Shown one piece after another: positions 1-15,458 of a stretch of 64,000 bases of DNA; position 1 is the stretch's first letter; every line of letters begins with the position of its first letter. The notes under the pieces were generated by a model. That model searched no databases. It worked only from the letters and a program-made list of their open reading frames with translations, and was not told the origin of the DNA. A program made the position numbers and the translations under genes. The DNA comes from Ramazzottius varieornatus (Eukaryota; Animalia; Tardigrada): the NCBI GenBank assembly GCA_001949185.1, contig BDGG01000004.1, positions 2,732,912-2,796,911 on the forward strand, written 5' to 3'.

Positions 1-3000
1 CGCTCCCAGCTCCAAACGGATTTGTATAACAAGCTGAATCTTTTGACGGAAATGAAAGGCATAAAAGTCCCCGGTGGAGCGTTATCTTCCCATTCTGCAT
101 CGACCAACGGCGCTTCCCAGGTACTAAAAAGGGGCAGAAGTTTTGCGCTGTATTTGCTCTAGATATTATTTGATCTGCGAGTCTTTCAAACTTTGTGCTC
201 GGAGCGCGGGTTACTTTCAGTGATGCTTCGAATTCGACATCTTTTTGTTTCGAAGGTCCAACATGGCTCCACCGAGAACTTGAATGGTACTGGCTCCCGG
301 CAGTCTCCAGCCCATCTCATGCATCAGCTACGTTCAGGTATTTGATTGCACAATTCTACAATGCCTCGCTCGATGAACTTTTCTGTATTGATATTAAAGT
401 TTTCAGCTGTGACTGAGTACCGAGTCTTACTATGCAACAGGCATCTGGAAGTCTTTCTATTTCAGAATATGAGCTGGAGAAACTCAAAAGGATGGTAGAA
501 CTGTTAACGATCAAAGTCGATCAAAAGGATCTCCGCATTCGCGAACTGGAGAGCCAACTGAAGCTACAGTCAAATTTTCGAGGTTAGAAAACCGGATTTT
601 TTGCGCATCTCATAAACTGCAACTTCGAGTTCTTCGATTAAATTTTCGGCATTCGATTGCAGAGACAGACCTGAACCATCGAAAAGTGGATGTTTCACAG
701 TCACGCGATGGCGGCAGAAAGCCACCTGTTGTTACTCGCCCACTGACGAACGGGAACAAAACCAGAAGTAATCCTTTGGCAACCTTGAATCTGCAACAAT
801 TGGGCAAGTCCACCGGATCAGACGAGAGCTTGGTCGTAAGTTAATCTCGGTTTCTCGTTCGGAAGTGTGCCCCGTGAAAACGCCTTTATCACTGCAGCGG
901 TATACAGAGTCGATAACGTCGGACCGAAGTGGGTTGAATGGAGTAGACGGTCGATCGCATCGTCGGGACTCATCCAGTAGGTCCAATGGGCACAATAGCA
1001 CATTGCGTTCCCGCAGTGTTGACGGGCGTTCGGTGCGTTCGACGACGGACTCGAAGAACGATGCTGCTGGTTTTTCGTTTGTCAGTCATCGCGAGCAGCA
1101 CTCTTTTCGGGTCTCTCCATTGTCACCTTCTAAAAGCTTTGCTGAAAAGCTCTGCCTTCCGTCCATGTCCTCTTCCTTTAGCTATCTTAGACAGAACAGC
1201 CTTATCAGTGATCCGGAAACCAATGCCCATGAATTCATGCGCTGCAATAGCGTCCCTAATCAGCTGGGAAGACTGGGTGCGTAAGGTGGCGGGCTAGCTT
1301 CGCTTTTTGGTCCTCGTATTGTATTTCCCTCTGTGTCAGTCTGTGATGTACCTCTTTTTCCTTTTTCTTTCCAACTCTATCAGAAAACGTTTCAAGACAA
1401 ATGCATTCTTGAGCTGGCTAACAATTGAAGTCGTGGGTTATGTGAAATGTTATGCTTCACTGCAGGTAGTGAATCAGATTCGATACGAATTCGCTCTTCT
1501 ACGCCCAAAAGCGCCACATCTGAAGACGCGAAACTCAACTTAAAAAAGTTCTTCGAAAAGTATGTTTCTGCCAGACCTAGCTCAAACTCGGGAGCCAGCT
1601 CGTTCGGTTCACGATCCTTCTTACGGTTTTATTTCGTCTCACTGTAGGTTCACGCGGGGCAGTTCGTCGAACCTGAACGATCCTAGGGCCAATAACGGGC
1701 ACTTCAAAAGAGGCGGGGTTCGTGCCACTGCTGGTCCGCGCTTGAACCTTGGTACTAATGGTTCGATCCGGAGAAAGCCGTTGTAAGTTCCATACAGGCA
1801 ATTGCAAGACTAATCCACGCCTTAGAACTACGTTCTCACACTTTTTTCTTCCATCTTTGACAGGGATTTCAGTGTGCCATTGCGACAGTGGGACCATGCT
1901 ACTTTGTTCCAGTGGCTGGAAGAATACGTGCAAATTCCGATCTCCGCCCATGGGAAACGAGGTTTGATGGACGGAGAGCAAATTCTCAAAGCCACTTCCG
2001 AAGATCTGGAAAAGGTATGAAAGAAGGATCTGTTGGAACTTTTCTGAATGACAAAAACACTAATCGTTGGTTAGCAGGAACTGGGTCTGCAACATCCAAT
2101 GCACAAAAAGAAGTTATTGCTAGCTGTGAAGGCGTTAGAAGAAAGAGACTCACACCCCATGGGTCGCCTCGATTTCCTCTGGGTTTGTCGTTGGCTGGTT
2201 GACATAGGCCTGGAACAATACAAAGACGTGTTCGCGGATGCCAGAGTTGATGGGCGAACACTGAACTACCTCACCAGTGTAAGATCTGTTCTCCCTTTGT
2301 GGCAGGGGACCAAATGCGCGACCGTGCGAGATTGTCAGTTCTTCTTTTTCACAGGAGGATCTTCTGTCGATGCGCATCACGAACTCGCTGCACCATGTCT
2401 CACTAAAGCGAGGTCTACAGGTATTACGCCACTGCGAGTTTGATCTCACTCGCATCAAGCGCCAACCTTCAAGTTCTGAGGTACCTGAGAAAACCAAAGC
2501 CTTTTAGAAGTGGACTGTTTTAGTCGATACGTACTCGTGTACCGTATTTATCTTTGATATTTGGACTTTTATCATCGTTATGAATATTCGTTCCTCATAT
2601 GTTGGTACATCATAGGTGATCGTGCCGGAAGACGTCTTATACTGGAGCCATCACCGTATAGTGGAATGGTTAAAATTCCTGGACCTTGCGGAATATATTC
2701 CCTGCCTGTAAGGACAACAATGTCATAATGACTGGGCTGAGATAGTTTACGTACTGTATTTTTTTTTGATTTGCAGACGCGGTACGGGCGTGCATGGAGC
2801 ACTGATAGTTCTGGAAGACTCGTTCAACGCGGATGTCCTCGCCGAGTTGCTCTCCATACCACCTAGCAAGTCCTTACTACGCCGGCATCTGAGCAAGAGC
2901 TTTAGCGAACTAGTAGGTTCCGAAGTCATTAGACGGAAAAGAGCGGCGCAAGCAGCTCCCGGATTCGTAGCTCTCCAGCTGCACCATAAGCTCAAGGTAA

Positions 3001-3247
3001 GGATGCACAAGCCGCGGTACGAAAATAGTCTAATCTTTTATTTGGCTTCCAGCCCCAGAGGAAAGGGTTCGGCTTAGCCAGCAAGAGAAAAGGAAAAGAA
3101 CCAGTGGATCTAATCTGTCCTTTCGATCTAAAAATTGACTTTTCGGCTTTCGGCAGCCATGTTAGCCCCGGAAACGATTCCTCCGAAGAAGTATCCACAT
3201 CGAGCTCAGTACGTGGAGACCTTCCCCTAACATCGAAGACGACGTGA
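1..3247 (+). CDS. PPFIBP: Liprin-beta family protein (3' part; coiled coil plus three SAM domains), multi-exon, 5' end outside window
   Basis: Spliced translation gives FKRGGVRATAGPRL (liprin-beta motif), SAM1 WDHATLFQWLEE...HPMHKKKLLLAV, SAM2 WVCRWLVDIGLEQYKDVFADARVDGRTL, SAM3 RGTGVHGALIVLEDSFNADVLAELLSIPPSKSLLRRHL; stop TGA 3245-3247. Confidence 0.9.
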
Positions 3248-3467
3248 TTTAGACTGCATAATTTTCGTTTGACTGAATTTGTACAAAATACGGTTGACTG
3301 TGTATAGTAATAAGGTTTTGTGGGCAAATACTTAGAAGAAAGGTCTGGGCAAACTGAAAATTTCAGCGTGAACAAGGTAGTGAAAGAACAAGCTTGATCA
3401 ATGGTTACGTCAAAAATCAAAGGAAAGAATGAAAAGATTCACAGACTGGAAGCATCACAGAAAGCTA

Positions 3468-6058
<2,591 letters not shown>

Positions 6059-6477
6059 GCCGACCCTGGTAATAGTATATGACTACCACGTTTTTTCCGA
6101 TTAGGCGCGAGAAAGCAATGCAAACGTTGGGTCTATGGTATGCGTCCGGGAAGAGCGACTTCCGGAAAGTAGAACCATAAAGTCCATAACATTGAGATAG
6201 TGTGACGATAATGACATTTGAAATAACGTAATCTAGAGATTGCGATAGGTAATATGACCTGGTATAATGGCCTATGTATTAATAAGCTCAGTAGGTAAGG
6301 TGAGCCGTTGAACAGAAGTTACAGAACAACAGATCCCATTTTATTTTCGGATCTTTTCACTTTATATCTTCTTCAGGATTCTGGATCATCTTTCATTTTC
6401 TACATGGATCTTCTTACACCTGGCGATGACATAAACGGCAGGTCCTTCTTGTGGTAAACTATCTCGGCGAAGCAACG

Positions 6478-9400
6478 ATGTTAACGGACGAGAAAACTTC
6501 GGTTCGCGTTGCTGTCAGGTAAGGCTTGGGTATCTCATCCTCTCCTCTGCCAGATTGTTGCACGTGATTTTGTGTTCGGAAGTTTCCTCAGAGATCAGGG
6601 AGCATAGAATTTGACTTTGCAGGGTGCGGCCGTTGTCCGTGAAGGAGCGTGCAGAATTTCAGAAGCCATGTTTGGCTGTCTCGGACACAGAATCCCAGAT
6701 TATCATTGGGACAGAGCGGGCTTTCACATTCGACTATACTTTTGACTGTGATTCCGAGCAAGATGACATTTTCTCCCAGACTACCAAGGATCTCATCGAT
6801 GGGTAATTCTTCCTTAGTGTACTAGATCGGTACTTTGATACCGATTTCGTCTTGCAGATGTTTCAAAGGGCTTAACGCGACCATTCTGGCGTATGGACAG
6901 ACTGGATCCGGTAAAACGTACAGCGTAAGTTTCATACTTCCTTCAAGGATACTCTAACGCCGAAAAGAGTATCAATTTCTGTTGAGACAGACCTAACAAG
7001 GGGGAATTGTTTTCAGATGGGCACGGGATTCGATGTTTCGATTCCAGCAGAACAGCTGGGCATCGTCCCTCGGGCGGTGGACTACATGTTCAGTGTCATG
7101 CAGAATCGGCACCAAGAGCATATCGACCAGAACCGAACGCCCCCGCTGTTCGATGTCCTTGTACAGTTTATTGAGGTAAACATGGCGATAGTGAACGTCA
7201 GTCCCTTCCCAAGCTTCTTAGTTCAGCTCCAGATAACAATGTCTTTTTGCAGTTGTATCAAGATGAACTGGTGGACCTTCTCGATCGGGCCACACGAAGC
7301 GCTCGCGGAAAGGTGTGCCGAGAAATTATTCTTCTTTGCTGTCAGTGTATCGGCAAGCGATATTGTTGTTTCTGTCTCTTGCAGAGAGGGAAACCGCCAC
7401 GTCTAGGAGAAGACAAGAATGGAAACGTCATACTCCATAACGTTTGCAAGAAAGCTGTATCCTCCAGAGAAGATGTAAGTACTGTAGCTCAACCAAACTC
7501 TGGAATGTTTAAATAGTTCTGATTCTCAAGTTATAATGGTTTTCGAAGTTGCAGATCATGGAGTGGTTGAAGCAGGGCGCCTTGGCTAGAACAACCGGTT
7601 CCACCAATATGAACGCCCAGTCGTCGAGATCGCACGCCATCTTCACTATCGAGATAAAACAGACCATTCAACAGCTGGACGAGGTACTAGTCTAACTATT
7701 CTTATTTCAACTTTGCCTAGTCGATAATCGCCAAAGAGTTCTGATCTGAAACTGATGCTGTTATTCACAGAACGAGAATCCGGCCGAGTTCCTGACAACG
7801 TCTGCCAAGTTCCACTTTGTCGATCTCGCTGGCTCAGAGCGACTGAAGCGTACTCACGCAACGGGCGAACGTCAGAAGGAAGGGATCTCGATTAACAGCG
7901 GGCTGGTAAGCCAAATAACTTCATATTCAGTTACTGATGCGGTTTCCAAAAGGAGTTATGTACACAGTAGAGATTTGGGAGGTCGGCAGATGTATTGATA
8001 TATGATTGTCATCTTGTTTCGAGTTGGCTCTGAACTGCAAGGATGACTGTATGAGTGAAGTAACGTCTTCATAAGTAGTGGGTTTTATTTAGTTTATTTT
8101 GTTCGAGGTCTTTAGCGAGTCGTTGGTGAACATCTAATTTTCGTAGTTGGCGCTGGGGAACGTTATTAGTAAGCTGGGCGACAAGAACCTGAAAGCCACA
8201 CATATTCCCTACCGTGAGAGTAAACTGACGCGTCTTTTACAAGACTCTCTTGGGGGCAACAGCCGAACTCTGATGATTGCCTGTGTGTCGCCAGCTGAGC
8301 AAGATTTCGTCGAGACACTGAACACACTACGCTACGCAAATCGTGCTCGAAACATTCAGAACAAGGTGGTGTCCAACCAAGACAAGACTGGTCAGACCAT
8401 CAGTACACTTCGAGCTCGCATTCTGGACCTCGAGAGAGAACTGATGGAGTTCCAGCAGGGCAAGCGACAGCCAGGAGTCGAAGCGTACAACGACATGTTC
8501 GTCGAGAACAGCGCACTGCAGAAAGAGAACGAAGAGCTACGCAGTCGGATACGCCACAGCGAGCAGTGTAACAAGGTCCTACAAGAGAATGTTAGGGACA
8601 GAGATGTTCGCATCGCTGAACTGCGAGCTGAAGGCGATCGGATGAAGGAGATGCTGGGTGGTGGCAGTGGCGACGGTCCGGGAATCTCTAGCTGTAAGTG
8701 AATTTTGAATTTTACTTTCTTGTTGACTATTTTCACGTTGTTCGGCATAGCTTTTGACTTTTGAGCTTGTATCTCGGCTCTTGATCATAACAGATTTGAC
8801 TCTCTTGTTGTAGCGAACCTGACGGATATGGACAAGATGCGGTTGCAGTATGCGGCCATGATCGAAGCGACAGAAACGAAGCTGAGAGAGGCCAACAAAG
8901 AGATCGAGCGCATGCAAACTTCTCATTCGCATGGTTCACCCTTCAAGCCCACCGACGGTTCTGGTAGCAAGACCTATCGTGTACAACGAAGGACGTTTGC
9001 GGTGACACCATCCGTCAAGATGGATCCGATGGAATGCTACCCGAGCGAAGACGCTGTTCTGCCACGCATTGATGTGTCTCTGTATGACAATGACGCACCT
9101 GAATCAGAAGAAGACATCCGTAGCATCGTGTCGGATATCGACGAGCAGGTAAGCTAGTCTGGTTTGATAGGAAGGTAACTCAAGTTTATACGGCGGCAAA
9201 CGGTGCGAGACAGTGACCTACGTACATACGCATGGGGAAATCTCATCGATTATGTATGCCGATGCGTGAAGAACCTTTTCCTTCGGCCTTACGCTCCTCG
9301 ATACATTTTGAATGTTTGATCCTGCTGTGCTTATGTATGTAGGTTCATGAAGGTTGCTCAGAATATGCCGGGCTTGTTTTGAAGTGCTGAAACTGTTGTT

Positions 9401-12216
9401 TCTCACAATCTTTGTATTACAGATCAGGGAAAAGGAGGAAAAGCTGCTGGAAATGAAGTTGGAGATGGAGTCGCAGAAAGCCAACTACGAAGCGAAGATC
9501 ATCCAGTTGTCTTCTCGAATAAGCGAGGTGGAGACCGAGCGCAATGCCTTCCTGAAAGAAGTGAAGTCAAAGAAGGGTGGCTTTGACCCGGAGAAGGTGA
9601 AGGAGCGACAGCTCAAGTACGAACACGAACTTGAGGAGCTTAAACGTCAAGTTAAGGAGCAACAACAGAAAGAGAATGAGTACAAGAAACTCCAGAAAGA
9701 CTTCTCGGCCAACGAAAAGAAAGTGACGAACCTTTCACAAGAGATCGCCAATTTGAAGAAGGTGAGTAACATCAACGAATTCCCCGCAAATGTTTGAGCT
9801 GACGTAGCTTTTGCTTTTAGGTTCGCTGCGAGACGATCAGAAAGGCCGAGCAAGATTCCAAGAAGGCGCGTGAGAAAGATCAGCAGCAGGCCAGAGTGAT
9901 GAGCCAGAAGGAGAAGGATGTCCGACAGCTGAAAAAGCAGAATGCCGATCTGAAAGACCAAGTAGTGCAGCTGAACAACAGGGTCGTTCGTTTGACGGCT
10001 GACTTGAAGGTGGCAAAGCGAATCCAGAAGACTGGTATGTCGGATCAAGTGGCCGGACGAGTCAACAAGGCATCGGGTATTGTGGACGAGGGACTGTTGA
10101 AACGCAACTGGGAGGACTTCTTGAAATATGTAATTCAAATGACACCTTTCTCATAACCGTCTTTCTGCTGTTAAATGTATCTTCCTCCTTGCAGTTCCGC
10201 GCTGTGACGTACAAGCGAATGCGTCTGAAGCAGTTCGAGAAGCAGTTGGCCACTTACAGCGAGGTATGCTACAATGAGAACCTGGTTTGTACAGCGAGAA
10301 CGACGTTGTTTGTCAGTCTGGTTAAATGTCTGTGGTTTCGGTGTTTAGGAATTGCGTGCACTGCGGGAATCTTCGCGGGACTGTGAGAGAAGACTGGCTT
10401 TGGCTGTGGAAGCACGTGTAAGTAGCTTCAACTACGCTCTGTTTATCCGTACTTTAGCATTGAGCATCATCTGGTTAGGATTTTACGGCTGTGGAGATGC
10501 TGAAAAGCCAGCTGGACGACACCCGATCCACCATCCACTTTTTCGAACAGAAGAACATGGAGGTCCAAAACGAGACAGCTATCTGTGAAGAGAGTCCCGA
10601 CGAATCGAACAACATCAGTCCAGACCACATTCAGACGTATTTCCCCGACGAAGTGGCCAGTCGCTACTTTCTAGACAACATCATCCACCTATGCATGAGC
10701 CAGGTACCTTCATTCAAACCATCCAGGGGATCGTTCGAGTACATATCGACGCATTTCTTTGCAGCAAGAGCAAATTACTTTGCAAGAAACCCGAGCGCAG
10801 TCCAAAGCCGCCGAGCATGCCATCAAGTTACGAGAGCTTGCTGCTGTTCACACAATTCTGCAGGGGCTCATCTTTGATAGCGCTGGCCAGTCCAAACTGA
10901 CAGCTGCCGAGTAAGTCATGACTATCGTAAATATATCGTAAGTCTGTTGAACTATCAGAAGCGATTTACTCATGTCATTCGAAGCTTTGGTGATGGTTTC
11001 TCGTCGTTCTGCAGGTTTCTCATTCGAAATCTCAAACCTCTTCTCTCCGCTGTTTACCTTCTGGTTATTGTGGTGCTGTGTGTGTCGCGCTCTTCTTCCG
11101 TCTTGTCGCTGTTTCTGATGCCTTTCTCTCCGCTTTTTCTGCTGACTGTCTCTGTGGTGTTCTTCCTTTCCGTGAGGCTGATACTTGTGGCTACCCTTGT
11201 TTTACGCTATGTTTGTGACGTGTAGTGTGGCCAGGAATTTGGAGCAGAATGGAGTGACGGAACTCAGTGCCGAAGACGTGCTGGACAAGATCAAGAATAC
11301 CCCGGTCTATTCGCGCACCGTCGGTCGCACTAAGGTACAATGCTTTTCCTGATCAAGATCCTCATTGTTAAACAAGACAAGCGTATCTGAAAAAAATGTT
11401 GCAAATGGGGAGGTATGCAAACATACCTGACAAGATCGTTTTCTCAGTGGCGCACTCTGTCGGCCATCAACACTGAATGCTTGCGCCACTTGGGAAAACA
11501 GTCTTGTCAAGTTTGTTTGCCGAGCTCCCAGTTCTTCAGTTTTGGAAAATATTTCAACAAAATATTAGATGCAGTCAGTGTTATGCACAATTGTTCTTAA
11601 CGTGCTTCTCGCTTGATAGGCTCGACAGTTGACTTTGAGTGGACCAGAAGACATGCTGGTGTCCGACAAGTCTCGATCTGGCTCGTCGACCTCATCGACC
11701 GCGGCAGGAAGCCCCGTTTCGAGCTCTGAGGACGATCATTCTTCGGTCGCGTCCAACTCTTCTGGCGTGACTGCTGACCTGAATTCACTGTCACAGAAGA
11801 TGCTGCCTCCGAAAAATGTCCCTATCAAGCGTGTCGTGCAGGATATGAAACTGCACGCCAAGAATGGCTCGTAAGTGTGTCAATCCTTTTCTGAGCAATG
11901 CTTCCGCTGTTCTAACCTGGCTTGTGTAAACAGGCACGGTCATCTTCCGTACGTCCCTCCCCTATCGCCAAGTTTGCTGAATGGTCACGAAACGCCGTCG
12001 ACACCTCTTCGCCCTCCTAACCGTTCCATCAGCATGAGTGAGATCTCTCCCTCCCACGCCAGAGCCTCACCTGGAAATGGATCTTCCTTGGAGAACATGG
12101 CGGCACCTCCAGCCACCCCGTCGCTGGGTAAGGTCCGTCGTCATGCGTGCCAGACTCAGTTGAATATGCTGCCGAAGCCGTCCACTTCCGTACAGACTCC
12201 GGTTGTCAGAAGATAA
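6478..12216 (+). CDS. KIF21: Kinesin-4 family, KIF21-like motor with coiled-coil stalk; no WD40 tail found
   Basis: SVRVAVRVRP; [19 protein letters not shown]; SSRSHAIF; [45 protein letters not shown]; [24 protein letters not shown]. Confidence 0.88.
11406..11530 (+). mobile_element. Intronic palindromic element copy 1 (GTGGCGCA-N27-TGCGCCAC family), in KIF21 intron
   Basis: TGGGGAGGTATGCAAA...TTTGCCGAGCTCCCA ends; GGCGCA 11449-11454, TGCGCC from 11482; arms TGACAAG/CTTGTCA and GTTTTCTCA/TGGGAAAAC. Confidence 0.8.
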
Positions 12217-12568
12217 AGAGCCGTGTTTTGAGCTCTATGTTTAGGTTTGAGTGCCTTGGTTAGTTAAGTATTAGTTCGTTTTTGAGAACTTCGAAATGAA
12301 ATTTTGAGTGTATCTGCCGTCCTTTTTGTATATTGCTCTCCTTGCACTTTCTGTGTTACATTTCAGAGACCAAATCATTTTTGTCTGCCTCGACCTTTAC
12401 TATCACCTATAGTTCCTTTTACATCCGAGATCAGTGCTCTACCAATGTTTTATGCGATTTGACTTTTGAGTTGCACATGGTTTTTGATTTTACGGATACA
12501 GTTTTGCAACGGAATAATTATGTGTCAGGCTTGTATGAAATAACGTTTTCTGCGTTCTGTCGACTGCT

Positions 12569-15176
12569 TCACTTGTAAACATTCTTGAAAATTCGACAAC
12601 TTCCGTACAAGACACCGTTGGTGTCTTTCGCTTGTATGCCAACCCCGTTCGGGTCGCGCATAAAGGTGAGGCTTACGCGGAAGAAGAATCGTTCGCCAGT
12701 GGTTTCTCCTCTCTTTTCCTCTGGAATGTGGAGATGCAGTTGCGAGAGGCACTCCATAGTGTCGACCGAGACGCTTCCTTTCTGTTCTACGTCTGAGAAG
12801 AAGACTCGAATGAGGATGCTGTTCTGAGAGAAGGTCGCGGCGCAGAAGTGGTGAGTGTAGGCTTGGTCCGGCGAACCCGTCAGGTACTCGTCTTTCTGGA
12901 TAATTGGAATGAAGGCGTTCTTAATGACGGATAAATTCTTGACCGACCTGCAAAGTAGCCGGTATTATGCATCCAAACTTTTTTATTCAGTACTTTATCG
13001 TTTTTACATTGTTTCTAACGATACTGTTCGTGAGTACTCAGTCACTTACAGGCTTTTCATGAAGTCACAGTGCCCGACAGCCGTCACACCAATTGTGTAG
13101 GCACTCTGCAGAGTTCGAAAAGTTTCGAGATTTTTCACGGTAGAGGTGCCAGAAAGAGCCTGCTTCAAAGTTCCGACAACAGGAAGGATTGCCTGATCGG
13201 AATGTCTTTTCATGCGAAGGAAGGGAAGCGATTGTTCGAGCAGACCGCGGACATAGGGATTGTCGGCTGTTCCGCCAACCGCGTACACTGTGACCAGACC
13301 ACCATGCAGCAAGTTTTCCTCTCGAAGTACTTCCGTGATGAGATCAACCAGCTTGTCGATAAAGGGTTTGAAGATGTGCCGAACCAACTGTGTGTCCAGC
13401 ATTACGCAGTTATTGACGCTATCGTAGTAGTGGCCTTTCTGTTTCACCTTTTCCGCCAGATGTTTGCCTGAAATGCAAAACACTGATACATAAATACCAA
13501 AAAACTGTACAAGAAAATTCAGTAATCGTAGCGCAAGTTCCTGCGGTTGATATGAGACGTTACCAAATTTGCGCTTGAAGTGGGCTTCGAATGAAAACGG
13601 TAAATGACATGCCAGTTTCTGGTTCAGTTCTGCGTTGCGCTTGGCCTTTTCCAAACAGTTGAGGATCTCAACAAAACCTTCGTAATTTTCGGCTTTGTAC
13701 GTGCTAAGGACTTTGCTTCCAAAAATATCCTCCATAATCTTGTACAGCGCCGTCGATATCGTTTGGCCTCCAACAGGGATCTTTCGAGAATAGGCTGGAC
13801 AAACTACGTTCCCGCAGATGGTAAAGTATGAGACTTCCGTGTGGTAGGTTCCGATATCCAGTAGAAGGAACCCGGAAGTACCGACGTTCCTCTGCGATGC
13901 ACGTTGATTTGCGGACCATGTCGCAGGACGCCGGGGCCGGTTCTCTAGTGGAGCGAGGAATGTCGCGATGACGTCACGTTTGTAGACGGTCGAGACGTTC
14001 ATGTAGTTTCGACAAACCTGCAAGAAGAAGTCAAGATTAATACATTTCATATACTGTAGCGGCCAAGCCATTTAGTGGGCAGCTACGTCTCACCAGAAGG
14101 AACGGGTTGAAGCTTGAACACAACAGATTTACTTACGGGGAGGACCATGCTTTCCATGTTGTTTCGAACTTCGATATCGGCCACAGTAACATACCACTTC
14201 ACGTCTCGGACATCCGCAGCTGATGTTATTATCAGCCTTTGCGTGAGATCGTCCAATACCAGACTTCGAAGCTTGTCTAGAACTGATCTGAAAAGACCGG
14301 CGCCGTTCACACCCACTGCGCAAGTGCCGTTTGTTATCGGCTGCGCCAGTTGGTCCTTCAAGGAACACAATAATAATGATAAACAGATTGTACTACACCA
14401 CTACTTACAGGGTTTCCCCGTTTTTCTGGACTTCAGATGTATTATTTCCTTACGTTTGAGGAGAGCAAGGCGGGAAAATTCTCCAAGTAGAGCAGCTTCT
14501 TCCGCTGCCCGGAAGAGCAGCTCAAATGATCTTTGTGGGCTTTGTATCCGATCGCCAGGAGGTCTCCGCTTGGCTTGGCCAGCAGCATGTCACTCAGTGT
14601 CCGGCGAGGATCTTCTTTCGGACAATTCTGACAACCTAGAAAAGCAGGTCAATATGGGGCGTCGGCAAATAATTGATTTCATCAACAACTGATTTCATCC
14701 GGATCGTTTTCTAAGTGGCGCACGCGGTCGGTCAAGAACCAAGACATTGTGCGCCACAATGTCGCAGTTCTGTCTGGGCGAAATCGTTTGCCGACGTCCC
14801 ATGCCGACGTACATTCGGTTTTTATATCCGCCTGCATAATTAGAAAGACAAACTCACCCATCCAATTGTCTAGAACATGGTAGACAAGAGATCCGCGGCT
14901 GTCGGTCCAGCCATATCCGCAGCATGAGTATGTGGCTCCCAGGTGAATGACACCCACGATATCTCGCTTGGTAATCGAGCCGGACTGAGACAAGGTTTTG
15001 TGAATCTTGGACGTCAACGGAAACACTGTGTCCACTGTGGTCCGGGGATAGTCTGTGCTGCTGATATGAGATGCGAAAATACCGTCCACTTTTTTCCTCG
15101 AAGCAGTAGCTCGATGACGAGCTATCGAGGAGGGTTCACTGGAGGACCCGCTTCGTAAACGTAAACTGACCGCCAT
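12569..15176 (-). CDS. Divergent Hsp70-superfamily protein, HSPA12-like, multi-exon
   Basis: Actin/Hsp70-fold motif remnants VGVIHLGATYSCCGY, WYVTVADI, FLLLDIGTYHTEV, VYAVGGTADNPYV, and C-terminal RVSLTF...IQAKD as in HSPA12; alternative start at 15200. Confidence 0.7.
14655..14801 (+). mobile_element. Intronic palindromic element copy 2, in HSPA12-like intron (antisense to host); best-preserved TIRs
   Basis: TGGGGCGTCGGCAAA (14655) / TTTGCCGACGTCCCA (14801), 14/15 inverted match; core GGCGCA 14717-14722 + 27 nt + TGCGCC from 14750. Confidence 0.8.
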
Positions 15177-15458
15177 TTTGCCGACACAATACCGAACCAT
15201 TCAACAATAGACTCAACGACGAACATCATTGTTTCTGACAAGTGAGTTTATGATAGTTCAGTGCATTGCGTGAAACGAACAAAAATCACGATCGTTCATA
15301 AAACTATGGCGACTTATGGCTGTGAAAACGCATTGAAGCGAACCCAACCGTCGATTTACGATAAGATAGCACCTCTCTCCTAAGTTAATCACAGCCCTTG
15401 AGGCCGTTCCGAAAATACCGCCTAATGTGTAGAGGTATTCCAATCAGAGCACGCTCAG

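Noticed and set aside
11446-11490. GTGGCGCA core read as a tRNA A-box/SINE or as a CTCF site
   Set aside because: No B-box or cloverleaf; the motif occurs as an inverted pair. It lacks the upstream CCAC-AG half of the CTCF consensus.
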